A stretch of DNA of 64,000 nt, from positions 1-64,000 of the forward strand of contig NIVC01001054.1 of the NCBI GenBank assembly GCA_002269645.1, read 5' to 3'. Position numbers and translations under genes: made by a program. Source of the stretch: Macrostomum lignano (lineage: Eukaryota). This document shows, piece by piece, positions 1 through 17,535 of this stretch (within the stretch, counting starts at the first letter, position 1; each line of letters starts with the position of its first letter). The notes under the pieces are model-generated. The model was not told the origin of the DNA. It worked only from the letters and a program-made list of their open reading frames with translations, and did not search any database.

Positions 1-976
1 AAAAAAACACAGCATCTACGGTGCCTCTCTTCTATCGATATTTGGTTTCATAGGGAAGAAAGAAAACTTTTTGGAATAACAGAAAGCTCGCGGGGATTAA
101 TCGAATGCAGAATTCAGCAAACACAGCTGGAGGTCCTCGGATGCCCGCAGCTGTGACAACAATGCGCACCTTGAAGGAGATGCTGTGAATTCTACGAATC
201 TCGTCTACTAAGTTGCAAAAAAAGTCTAGAAAAGAATCGTAGTGGGCACAAGTTCGAAACTTGATAGCAGATTTATCCGTCTTCAATTTTTTCGGCCATT
301 CCGTGTGTCCTTAAACCAAGCAAGTCTTAAGAGGCGTTGTGGTCCAAAACTGCAAAGCAATCAGGCAATTCAGGACGGCCTTTTTGGACGTTAATTTCTC
401 TGCAATGGCAAAACTGCACCTGACACCTGCCAAGTGCAATCAAACGAACTTTTCAATCGAACTCTGCTTCGCCAGCGTTTGTCCAGATTTTATCATTTCA
501 ATCGAAGAAGATAAAATTGAAAAAATCTTTTTTTGCACTCGAGGGAACTCGGCGGAGCATGATTGTCCTTCTTGTTCCGCGGATCGGTGTTGCTACGCAG
601 CGGGGATCAACGTGTTGGAAACGGGTGAAAGACTGCGGTACTGCAGGCTGCGGGCTGAACTGGCACAGTAATTGTGCCACCCGGCTGCATCTGATTGACA
701 CACTGCGTGGCGCCAACAAACACACAACGCACGAGTCATAACCCCCCCCCATTCGCACCAGGTTTTTCCACCTCCCCTCCGGCCTTGCCCATCAAGGATG
801 GACAGAATGATTTCGCCAATTTTTTGCTTGTTTGTTTCACACCGAGGCCCGAAGTCGTGACCGGTAATCAGTTGGAGCAATTGAAGCTTTTTGTGGGCGT
901 TCGGGGGGCTTTTGGGAGCAGAGCAGGGTGCGCGTGAGCGACTGTGGTTCGATCGGATTCCCTGCCATTATTACTT

Positions 977-1943
977 AGTCTCACCCTCCATTCCAGTCTA
1001 TCTCACCCTCCATTCCAGTCTATCTCACCCTCCATTCCAGTCTATCTCACCCTCCATTCCAGTCTATCTCACCCTCCATTCCAGTCTATCTCACCCTCCA
1101 TTCCAGTCTATCTCACCCTCCATTCCAGTCTAGCTCACCCTCCATTTCAGTCTATCTCACCCTCCATTCCAGTCTATCTCACCCTCCATTCCAGTCTATC
1201 TCACCCTCCATTCCAGTCTATCTCACCCTCCATTCCAGTCTAGCTCACCCTCCATTCCAGTCTATCTCACCCTCCATTCCAGTCTATCTCACCCTCCATT
1301 CCAGTCTATCTCACCCTCCATTCCAGTCTATCTCACCCTCCATTCCAGTCTATCTCACTCTCCATTCCAGTCTATCTCACCCTCCATTCCAGTCTATCTC
1401 ACCCTCCATTCCAGTCTATCTCACCCTTCATTCCAGTTTATCTCACCCTCCATTCCAGTCTATCTCACCCTCCATTCCAGTCTATCTCACCCTCCATTCC
1501 AATCTATCTCACCCTCCATTCGAATCTATCTCACCCTTCATTCCAGTTTATCTCACCCTCCATTCCAGTCTATCTCACCCTCCATTCCAGTCTATCTCAC
1601 CCTCCATTCCAATCTATCTCACCTCCATTCCAATCTATCTCACCCTCCATTCCAGTCTATCTCACCCTCCATTCCAGTCTATCTCACCCTCCATTCCAGT
1701 CTATCTCACCCTCCATTCCAGTCTATTCACCCTCCATTCCAATCTATCTCACCCTCCATTCCAATCTATCTCACCCTCCATTCCAGTCTATCTCACCCTC
1801 CATTCCAGTCTATCTCACCCTCCATTCCAGTCTATCTCACCCTCCATTCCAGTCTATCTCACCCTCCATTCCAGTTTATCTCACCCTCCATTCCAGTCTA
1901 TCTCACCCTCCATTCCAGTCTATCTCACCCTCCATTCCAGTCT
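977..1943. repeat. Minisatellite, 22-bp unit TCTATCTCACCCTCCATTCCAG, ~44 copies
   Basis: Read directly; 22-aa periodicity in the ORF track (3 units) confirms the 22-bp period. Confidence 0.97.
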
Positions 1944-2149
1944 ACAATTTATGAATTTCTTTACCGTTTACCTTTAGACACGCTACGAAAGCAATCTTAT
2001 TAAAAGTCGATTCGAAAGTTAAAGAATTTTTTATCGATTGTGTTGAAGTTATAAAGTTCTGGCCAATGGCTACTCCAGACGCTGCGTTTAGTGCTCCAAG
2101 CCGGGGCCAACCGCCTGCCCGTCGCTGTCTCTTTTTTCCTTTCATTTAG

Positions 2150-2343
2150 AGATCCAACCCGCCCTCCGCCCCTTCCCTCAGCCAACGAATCCTCGCTGCT
2201 TCGCGACTATTTCTGCTCCAATTCCGACTTGGGCGACAACGTGCTGCTGCAGACGCCCGAGGGACAGCTGGAACCCGGAACTGGACTGGCCGACCACCCG
2301 GACGGAGGCGTCGGCATCGGAAGGTGGAACCTCAGCATCACCG
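2150..2343 (+). CDS. Probable isolated coding exon (RDPTRPP...DYFCSNSDLGDNVLLQTPEG...GRWNLSIT), possibly an upstream exon of the 7.2-12.2 kb gene
   Basis: Acceptor tttcctttcatttag| at 2149, donor |gttagt at 2344, open frame with GC3-rich codons. I could not resolve the phase link to the next exon. Confidence 0.5.
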
Positions 2344-2399
2344 GTTAGTGCTGACCGTCTGATTGTCCGTGTTACAGGTTTACTAAAGATTCGAGTGTG

Positions 2400-4030
2400 T
2401 CACGCTGACTTTGTCACTCTTATTGTGTCACTCTGAATGTGTCACTCTGAATGTGTCACTCTGAATGTGTCACTCTGAATGTGTCAAGCTGAATGTGTCA
2501 CTCTAACTGTATCTCTCCAACAGTGTCACTCTGAATGTGTCTCTCTGAATGTATCACTTTGAATGTGTCTCTCCGTCTGAATGTGTCACTCAGAATGTGT
2601 CACTCAGAATGTGTCACTCTGAATGTATCACTCTGACTTTGTTACTCTGAATGTGTCACTCTGAATGTGTCTCTCCGTCTGAATGTGTCACTCAGAATGT
2701 GTCACTCTGACTTTCTCACTCTGAGTGTGTCACTCTGAATGTGTCACCCTGAATGTGTCAAGCTCAGTGTGTCACTCTGAATGTGTCACTCTGACTGTGT
2801 CACACTGAATTTGTCATCTAAATAAGCCACTCCAAATGAGTCACTCTGAATGTGTCACTCTGAATGTGTCAAGCTCAATATGTCACTCTGAATGTGTTAC
2901 TCTGAATGTGTCAAGCTCAATGTGTCACTCTGAATGTGTCACTCTGAATGTGTCAAGCTCAATGTGTCACTCTGAATGTGTCACTCTGAATGTGTCAAGC
3001 TCAATGTGTCACTCTGAATGTGTCACTCTGAATGTGTCACTCTGAATATGTCACTCTGAATGTGTCACTCTAACTGTGTCACACTGAATTTGTCATCTAA
3101 ATAAGCCACTCTGAATGTGTCAAGCTCAATGTGTCACTCTGAATGTGTCAAGCTCAATGTGTCACTCTGAATGTGTCACTCTGAATGTGTCACTCTGAAT
3201 ATGTCACTCTGAATGTGTCACTCTAACTGTGTCACACTGAATTTGTCATCTAAATAAGCCACTCCAAATGAGTTACTCTGAATGTGTCACTCTGAATGTG
3301 TCAAGCTCAATGTGTCACTCTGAATGTGTCACTCTGAATGTGTCAAGCTCAATGTGTCAAGCTCAATGTGTCACTCTGAATGTGTCACTCTGAATGTGTC
3401 AAGCTCAATGTGTCACTTTGAATGTGTCACTCTGAATGTGTCACTCTGAATATGTCACTCTGAATATGTCACTCTAACTGTGTCACACTGAATTTGTCAT
3501 CTAAATAAGCCACTCCAAATGAGTCACTCTGAATGTGTCACTCTGAATGTGTCAAGCTCAATGTGTCACTCTGAATGTGTCACTCTGAATGTGTCAAGCT
3601 CAATGTGTCACTCTGAATGTGTCACTCTGAATGTGTCAAGCTCAATGTGTCACTTTGAATGTGTCACTCTGAATGTGTCACTCTGAATATGTCACTCTGA
3701 ATATGTCACTCTAACTGTGTCACACCGAATTTGTCATCTAAATAAGCCACTCCGAAAGAGTCAATCTGAATGTTTTACTCTAAATATGTTACTCTAACTG
3801 TGTCACACCGAATTTGTCATCTAAATAAGCCACTCCGAAAGAGTCAATCTGAATGTTGTACTCTAAATATGTTACTCTGAATGATTTAATCAAAGTTTTT
3901 TATTATGAATATGTCTCTTTAATCCAACATGTCTCTTAAGTTTGTCACTCTGATCGTGTCACTCTGAATTTGTTCCTCTGATTGTGTCACTCTGAATTTG
4001 TCACTCCAAATGAGTCACACTGAATAATTC
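2400..4030. repeat. Minisatellite, 14-bp unit GTGTCACTCTGAAT with higher-order variants
   Basis: Read directly. Confidence 0.95.
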
Positions 4031-4749
4031 ACTCCGAATCTGTCTCAAACCGAAAACCAGTTCCTATGTCAATTAACGTCAATCAAGCGTTTCTTTCAAT
4101 ATCGGCAGAATAGCAAAATAAATTGGGAAAGTATTATGCCTACTAATGCGTACACCGAATTGTGTAGAATTCAAAAATGCAAAACACACAGGGGTCAAGT
4201 TATAAAATACTGTTGTTACAGGAAGCCTTCGCTGATATCCTCAGATTAAAGTCTTTCCTTTCCGATTTACTAAACAGATCGGACCCTTAATCCCCAGTCC
4301 GAACCAGTTCTGGATTCCATGATATTCCATTAACCATCAAGTTCCAAGCGGACTTCACATTTCTGAAGTCCGATGACCGCTCTGCCTTACAAGCATCGGC
4401 ACTTTTCTAACCCGGCCTGTGGGAGATTAAAAATTGTTATTTAGAATACTTGAGGATTTTTAGTTCATAATCCAGTGATGATTTATCATCTGTAAGTTGG
4501 TACAGGCATCATCTCCTTAGCCAGGTGCGCAGGCGGGCATGTCAATGGGAAGCAAGAATAACAAGTTCTGAGAGTACGCTCGTAACCCGCCGCTAAGATT
4601 AAATTGAAATCCCCAGCTGAAAATACGAGGCCTGATTTCTGTAATAAATCACTTTGGTTTGATTTGGACATGGGAAGTAGAAAATGTAGTGGCGAGAAAT
4701 GAAATGAAAATCTAATGAGAAAAACGGGGCTGTAAAAACAAGGAACTAG

Positions 4750-5745
4750 AAACGGGTGAGAAAAATGGGTGAGAAAAATGGGGTGAGAGAAACGGGTGAG
4801 AGAAATGGGGTGAGAGAAACGGGTGAGAGAAACGGAGAGAGAGAAACGGAGGAGAGAAACGGGGTGAGAAAAATGGGGTGAGAAAAATGGGTGAGAGAAA
4901 CGGGGTGAGAGAAATGGGTGAGACAAATGGGGTGAGAGAAACGGGGTGAGAGAAATGGGGTGAGACAAATGGGGTGAGAGAAACGGGGTGAGAGAAATGG
5001 GGTGAGACAAATGGGGTGAGAGAAACGGGGTGAGAGAAATGGGGTGAGAGAAATGGGGTGAGAGAAACGGAGGGAGAGAAACGGAGGGAGAGAAACGGGG
5101 TGAGAAAATGGGGTGAGAAAAATGGGGTGAGAGAAAACGGGTGAGAGAAATGGGTGAGACAAATGGGGTGAGAGAAACGGGGTGAGAGAAACGGGGTGAG
5201 AGAAACGGAGGGAGAGAAACGGAGGAGAGAAACGGGTGAGAGAAACGGGGTGAGAGAAACGGGGTGAAGAAATGGGGTAAGAAAAACGGGGTGAGAGAAA
5301 CGGGGTGAGAGAAACTGGGTGAGAGAAACGGGGTGAGATTAATGGGTGAGAGAAACGGGGTGAGAGAAACGGAGGGAGAGAAACGGAGGGAGAGAAACGG
5401 GTGAGAAAAATGGGGTGAGAAAGGGGTGAGAGAAACGGGTGAGAGAAATGGGGTGAGACAAATGGGGTGAGAGAAACGGGTGAGAGAAACGGGGTGAGAG
5501 AAACGGAGGGAGAGAAACGGAGAGAGAGAAACGGGGTGAGAGAAACGGGGTGAGAGAAACGGGGTGAGAGAAACGAGAGAGAAACGGAGGGAGAGAAACG
5601 GTGAGAAGAAACGGGTGAGATTAATGGGGTGAGAGAAACGGGGTGAGATTAATGGGGTGAGAGAAACGAGGGTGTGAGAGTGAGATTAATGGGGTGAGAG
5701 AAACGGGGTGAGAACGGGGTGTGAGAAAGGGTGAGAGAAACGGGG
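4750..5745. repeat. Minisatellite, ~14-bp unit GGGGTGAGAGAAAC
   Basis: Read directly. Confidence 0.95.
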
Positions 5746-6764
5746 GTGGGGAGAAACAGGACAATAAACAGGATGTGAGACTCATGAAGGAAAATATTTG
5801 AATTTGCGCCTTAAAAATTGGAAATCTGCTTTCCACGGAAATTGCCCAGCAGTGGAAGCCGTATTCATGGCGAGCCTGAAAAACCAACAGGTGGTTGAAA
5901 AATAATTGAAGCCATACGAGAAATCCCATTTTCTTCGAAAAACATCCCTGGCGGCCCGGCAGGCGTGAATGTCCCGGTCACGAGAGCGGGAAGCGCGAGA
6001 CCAGAGAACTTGAGTTTGTCTTGGTTGCCATGGAGACCTGTTCGCACCCCCCCCCACTTCGGAGTGCGGGTTTGAGGCTAACAAGTTTGCCAGTGGAGGC
6101 ATCGGGCATTTTGCCTGCACTTTGTAGGCCCGCATTTGCGTAGCAGCCTCTCTCGGGTTAACCAAGGTGCCAACAAAGTGCTTCCTCAAGCAGACTCGAA
6201 TTGGAGAAACTTGTCTCGCTCGAAGAAAGTTTGGCGGACTGAGGGTTTCTCCGTAGCTACTACACCCGCTTATCTGCAATCCCTAATCCCAGATATACAT
6301 AAAGATATTAGTCCGCAAGCCCCTGGCGAAGGCTCTATACTCTCCGGTAGATGGCAACTAAAATAACATCTAATGATTGTGGGAGTCAGGACGCAGTGGG
6401 GATCCTAGCGCTCCAGGATCGATGTCTGCCGCGAGAAATGTCACGGATGACCCGGCAGGCAGTCAGAGGTGTTGAATTCGATCAAAATTTGATTGCATTG
6501 TAGATTTGCTCACTCCAAAGCAGACCACCTCCTCGATGGCCTTTGAAAGTTGATCCGAAATCTCGCTAGGGGGGGGGCTTAAGTCTGAGCAGGTGATCGA
6601 TCGAGTCTGCAAATATTAAGGCTGGGACTGTCTTAATCCGTCTATTATACTTATTCCAGGTGGAATTCTGTGTTGGTCAGTGGCCTGGCTAATTGCAATC
6701 AGATCTGCAAGTTCAACAATTGAAATTATTGAGGCAGGGAGATTCCTAGCAATCGATAAACTGA

Positions 6765-7110
6765 AAATAAACTTCAATAAACAAGTTGGTAAATTAACAA
6801 AAAGCTACAATAAACACATCGATAAACTTCAATAAACACAACGATTAACTCACAATAGGCTTCAATAAACACATTGATAAATTCACAATCAGCTTCAATA
6901 AACACATTGATGAACTGTCTATAAGCTTCAATAAACACATTGATAAATTCACAATCAGCTTCAATAAACACATTGATGAACTGTCTATAAGCTTCAATAA
7001 ACACATTGATAAATTCACAATCAGCTTCAATAAACACATTGATGAACTGTCTATAAGCTTCAATAAACACATCGATAAATTCACAATCAGCTTCATAAAC
7101 ACATTGATAA
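6765..7110. repeat. Minisatellite, 33-bp units in alternating A/B variants (66-bp dimer)
   Basis: CTTCAATAAACACATTGATAAATTCACAATCAG alternates with CTTCAATAAACACATTGATGAACTGTCTATAAG. Confidence 0.93.
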
Positions 7111-7202
7111 ACAGACAAACACACCGCATGATAGCACATTAGCAAGATAAACAGTTTAATATACGCATGATATGCATTGATAGACACAAAACTCCCACCC
7201 AG

Positions 7203-12176
<4,974 letters not shown>

Positions 12177-12194
<18 letters not shown>

Positions 12195-12360
12195 AAAGAA
12201 GAATCTCACGTTTAAAATGAAGAATCTCATGTTTAAAATGAAGAATCTCACGTTTAAAATGAAGAATCTCACGTTTAAAATGAAGAATCTCACGTTTAAA
12301 ATGAAGAATCTCACGTTTAAAATGAAGAATCTCACGTTTAAAATGAAGAATCTCACGTTC
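12177..12360. repeat. 21-bp minisatellite GAAGAATCTCACGTTTAAAAT overlapping the stop codon of the TM-protein gene
   Basis: Read directly, ~9 copies. Confidence 0.95.
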
Positions 12361-12904
12361 ACGTCTGTGTAACGACATGTGCATTTCTGCGCGTCATGCA
12401 TGACTGACAGTCAAAGTGGAGAGGAACTCAATTTCTAGGAAAAATATACCCAAAGAAAAATGTTTCACCATAATTATGTTGCTTGATTAACCGTAAACCA
12501 ATAAAAATGTGAAACCCGCCCAGAAAAAATTGAACTTTGCTAAATTCTTTTGGTTGCTATTGGCAACACCAACAGTTGAGTCAATTTGAAACTGGACCTG
12601 ACAACCCAGCGCCCACCAATGCGGTGTTTAAATCGTCATTTTTTGCTCCTGATGCTTAACTATTGAAGCTTATTCGTATTTTTCTGCATTTCTGATGTTC
12701 ACAAATATTGGTTATTATTATTACGAAATGTAATGAGCTAAAATGCATGTCCCTATTATCATTGCTCTAGCGTTCGAAACATAAATACAGACCCACAGAA
12801 TACAGTATTCTGTGTACTGACCTTTCCACTGCAGTTACTTATTTTCTTCAGTTTAAAAGCTGACTCCTCAAATATCTATGAAATTTGACATTACCCTGAC
12901 ACTG

Positions 12905-13772
12905 AAGCAGAGACACTGAGACACTACAAGAGACACTGAGACACTACAGGAGACACTGAGACACTGAAGCAAAGACACTGAGACACTACAGGAGACACTG
13001 AGACACTACAGGAGACACTGAGACACTACAGGAGACACTGAGACACTACAGGAGACACTGAGACACTGAAGCAAAGACACTGAGACACTACAGGAGACAC
13101 TGAGACACTGAAGCAAAGACACTGAGACACTACAGGAGACACTGAGACACTGAAGCAAAGACACTGAGACACTACAGGATACACTGAGACACTGAAGCAA
13201 AGACACTGAGACACTGAAGCAAAGACACTGAGACACTACAGGAGACACTGAGACACTACAGGAGACACTGAGACACTACAGGAGACACTGAGACACTACA
13301 GGAGACACTGAGACACTACAGGAGACACTGAGACACTACAGGAGACACTGAGACACTACAGGAGACACTGAGACACTACAGGAGACACTGAGACACTACA
13401 GGAGACACTGAGACACTACAGGAGACACTGAGACACTACGGGAGACACTGAGACACTACAGGAGACACTGAGACACTACAGGAGACACTGAGACACTACA
13501 GGAGACACTGAGACACTACAGGAGACACTGAGACACTACAGGAGACACTGAGACACTACAGGAGACACTGAGACACTACAGGAGACACTGAGACACTGAA
13601 GTAAAGACACTGAGACACTACAGGAGACACTGAGACACTACAGGAGACACTGAGACACTGAAGTAAAGACACTGAGACACTACAGGAGACACTGAGACAC
13701 TACAGGAGACACTGAGACACTGAAGTAAAGACACTGAGACACTACAGGAGACACTGAGACACTACAGGAGAC
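12905..13772. repeat. Minisatellite, 20-bp unit GAGACACTGAGACACTACAG
   Basis: Read directly. Confidence 0.97.
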
Positions 13773-14886
13773 AGGCATCAGGCATCGGTCGGGCATCAAA
13801 GCCCGCTGTCCCTCAGCTCCATATCTCCCGATTCGATGAACGATAGCGCGGCACTGCAAGTGTGCGTCACGGCATCCCTGATCCCCCGTGAAGCTTCAAA
13901 CACTATAAACAATAAATCATTTCAGGAGCTCCTTCCCTTCGAGTCCTGCTCTCCCCCTATTCGAGCTGGCTTGGGAGCAGCAGCGCTTGTTTATCCCATT
14001 TCCTGCAAATAATGTTATACGAAGTAAGTCTCATCCTGCACAGCCATGGCTGCGGGCTAATACTCTCTACTGCTTCTGTCCTTTGAGCTCTTTGAGTTTG
14101 CCTGGAGACACTGCTGATGCAGCTTACAGCATCTTCTGACTTGAATTTTTATGTATAGCATTTTGCAACACCAACTGATTGATGGCTGAGTGTGGTATCA
14201 AATTATTTTTGTAAGAATAACTCTCTTCAGTTCATGGTTCAAAATTATGATACATTTGCATTTTTAATTAGCTGAATGGAAACAATGGAAGTATTAGGGT
14301 AGAATATTGAGGCGGCAAACATTCACAATTTCATTAAAGATTTAGTCCCTGTACAGACCTGGAGAATCCCGTTTCACCCTTTACATTCGAATCTCTTCAT
14401 AAGAGAATCTACCAAAATATTCAATTCTTTCTTACTGCAAGCTTGTCTCTGAAGGAATTACACAACACCTTGCAGCTGCCAGATTCTGCCGCTTAATTAA
14501 TTAATCACCGTGGTGAGCAAGTACTCGAGCATGTAGATTAGCAAATTCCGTGTCTGATTTGGTGCTGTTTTTGTAACCTCATATGATAAAATGTTTCGAT
14601 GTAAAAAAGTTAATTAAATTGTGATAAGGGTGTCACTGCACTGAATGCATAAACATTTTACCTTATCAAAATGGGAAACTAAACTTATCGGAACTGCTAA
14701 TTCAATTTTTTAATAAAATGTTCTATCTATATCTACACTTGTCGTGCTACTATAGCTAGTAGTGAAATAGCAAACAAAACTATAAAATATGACTATCAAG
14801 CAAAATATTTCCAAGTATTACGCCACGAGGACTTCTGAAGCTTTTATAAATAGATTGCTTTGAAATTACAAAAACTGAAAAAACTA

Positions 14887-14917
<31 letters not shown>

Positions 14918-14950
14918 GACTGACAGACAGAGACAGACAGACAGACAGAC

Positions 14951-14987
<37 letters not shown>

Positions 14988-15167
14988 TAGAAACTAAGAC
15001 AGACAGAGACTGACAGACAGAGACTGACAGACAGAGACAGACAGACAGACAGAGACAGACAGACAGAGACGGAGAGACAGACAGACAGAAAGACAGACAG
15101 ACAGACAGACAGACAGAGACAGACAGACAGACAGAGACAGACAGACAGAGACTGACAGACAGAGACT

Positions 15168-15201
<34 letters not shown>

Positions 15202-15310
15202 GACAGACAGACAGAGACTGACAGACAGAGACTGACAGACAGACAGACAGACAGACAGGCAGACAGACAGGCAGACAGACAGACAGACAGAGACTGACAG
15301 ACAGATACAT
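14887..15310. repeat. (CAGA)n microsatellite
   Basis: Read directly. Confidence 0.97.
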
Positions 15311-16092
15311 ACAGACAATAAAAAACTCTTCTGGGACTAGATGGCTAGATCGCACTGACCGTGCAAGGTCGGAGAGGGCTTTTTACAGTAGTTCTCACAA
15401 GGCAAAACTACACAGGTTCGGGAAATGTATTATTCCGAGTATATTATTAAACTTCTACACGCTGGCTTCTGCCGTGAAATGTGACTGGCCAGTGTTTATA
15501 CAGAAGACGGTTGAGTGCAGCGGGACAGAAGGTGAGACCTAATTTGAGTTCCGGGCAGGAAAACTGTCTTAAATCGGAACCATTTTTCCGAGAATTGCTC
15601 TAGTGGATTCTTATGAGCAGCTGATCGAGGTTAAAGCGATTTGTTAAACCGCATATCGAACTTTCTGATTGATCGACTGCGAGCTTCTTGTTGCTATACC
15701 CTAACTCGAAAAGCTGATCGAGAGTTCATATCAGGCGCCAGAAAACTGAAAACTATGAGAAAGAAAAGAAATTTAATACATGGGGCCGCGGAGACAGAAA
15801 ATTACGAGAAAATACATGTAGGATCGAGAGCTAGGAATTAGAAAAGAATGGGGAAGATTGAGGGTGGGAACAACATATATAGGTATGAGTGTAAATGTCA
15901 TTTCTACTTGCATTAGTAAGTCACTGCATACATGCACTGTACGGGATGAGGGTTCCGTGCCGTCCAATAATCAATAATCAATGCGAGTACAGCCCGCCCT
16001 CATTAAGCATATTAAATTTGATTGGTAGAAAGATGATTATGTATAGTGACAATTTATGCAAAAAATCAGCTCGTCTTATACATACTCGTATA

Positions 16093-17308
16093 CGAGGGAT
16101 ACTCTAAAAGTTTTGCAATTCGACTATTTAAAGTTAATTCAGCCAAACTTTTCTATTACAATCCTTCAAAGTAGGCGGGCTCCTCGGAACTGCAAACACT
16201 TGTGCGCTCGTCCGAGCCACTTGTTCATGAGGCCCTGGATCTCTTCAATTGGGATGCCGTCAATCGCCTCCTTCGCCGCCTGCTCCAGCTCCTCGTCGGA
16301 CTGAAACCTGCGCCCCCTGAGAGACTTTTTGAAAGGGCGGGTGTGGCAGCGTTGAAATGCTTCCGCCCTCGCATTCCCTTCCCTGGTGCCCTCTGGATCA
16401 CGACTGGCAAGCACTCTTCAGTGTACCATCGAGCAGTGACTGTAGCTTGACCCTCCAGCTTCACCATCGCCACCACGCCTTGTGAGTCAAAGAAGAACAT
16501 TCGCTTGCCCTGGGACAGGGACCGCCTTGCTTTCAGGGGTTGTTGCCCACCTTCCGGCACCCACTCTGCACTGCTGCGCTTTGTTTCGATGCCAAAATGA
16601 TACAGAAACGTCTCATCACCAGTGATGACCTCAGAGCGGCGCTGATGGCTCCCGTGCTCATATCGATCGATGAGAAACTGACAGAACTCCATGCGGGTCT
16701 GTTTCTGAGCATCTGTCAGGATGTGGGGTATCCATCGGGCACAAAGCTTCCTGACTCTCAGGTGATCGTGTAGAATCGTATCGACCGCTGCCGATCCAAT
16801 GCCGACATTCATAGCTAGCATGTCCGTGGTGATTCGCGGATCCTGATGGATCAGCTCCTGTACTGCAGCGATGTTTTCCTCCGTCACTGCTGTCGGAGGT
16901 CTCCCGGGCCGGGGGTCGTCAGAAAAGCTGGTCCTGCCGGCCTGGAACTCGCGGTACCAGCGTGTAATTAACCGTAGCATATGACGGCGCTTGAGCCTCC
17001 AATGTTGCCAGCAGGACAATATAACGTAACTTCAGTTGTCCTTGGTTGCCAGTAGCTCGGCATGAGTCTCAAGCGCCGTAAGCTTTTGCTTGTGGCAGTA
17101 CCAAATTGTGGTAGCCGATTCGATTCCATGGCTGCAGCTGTACAGCAAAGGAGTCACTGACTTTGACTGGGGGCTGTGCAGGCGTATATAAATTCACTTG
17201 AAAATTGAGGTGGGAACTATGTACATGTTTATTGTACAGAGGGTTGATTTTAAAAATTGTGCGACTTGCGCAAGTGGTTGAATTGCAAAACTTTTGGAGT
17301 ATCCCTCG
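16093..17308 (-). mobile_element. Mariner (Tc1/mariner) DNA transposon, internally deleted, non-autonomous
   Basis: TA target duplications at 16091-92 and 17309-10. 29-bp TIRs CGAGGGATACTC(T/C)AAAAGTTTTGCAATTC with 1 mismatch. Transposase motifs RWYREF..GRP, WIPHILT and TGDETFLY. Confidence 0.95.
16150..17128 (-). pseudogene. Mariner transposase pseudogene
   Basis: Several frameshifts. The HDNA (2nd Asp) and YSPDLAPxD (3rd Asp) segments are missing, while TLPHPP and KKSLRGRRF survive in different frames. Confidence 0.9.
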
Positions 17309-17535
17309 TACGTGTATAACATATATATTTTCCCATACATATTACAAGGTTTGTTGCGTGTGTGTACAAAAATCGTAAAGGTACATGTACACATGTATAA
17401 TGCATGCATCCAGGCTAACCCGCAACCCCACAAGCAGCAAAAGGAAGGCAAAGGCGGCGGGTTGGCAGCGAGCACAAAGCAGCGACGAGGTGGGGAAGGC
17501 GACCCCAACCCCGAAAAAAGAAGAAGCGGGGAAAG

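Noticed and set aside
1-940. Short ORFs at the window start (for example 32-286 minus, 339-671 plus, and a Cys/His cluster in 517-741)
   Set aside because: Only vague resemblance to RT or zinc-finger fragments; no complete motif or consistent splice structure.
4486-4700. AGDFNL, resembling the GDFN motif of LINE AP endonucleases
   Set aside because: Isolated match; the flanking frames are full of stops and no other endonuclease motif was found.
5782-6760. Minus-strand ORF-like stretch with CSSYGETL, resembling an R2-type zinc knuckle
   Set aside because: Cys/His spacing does not fit CCHC and no RT or nuclease motif lies nearby.
7167-7202. ATG at 7167 as the start of the 466-aa ORF
   Set aside because: It lies upstream of a likely acceptor (7202) next to a repeat array; the ORF's end beyond 8449 is intron read-through.
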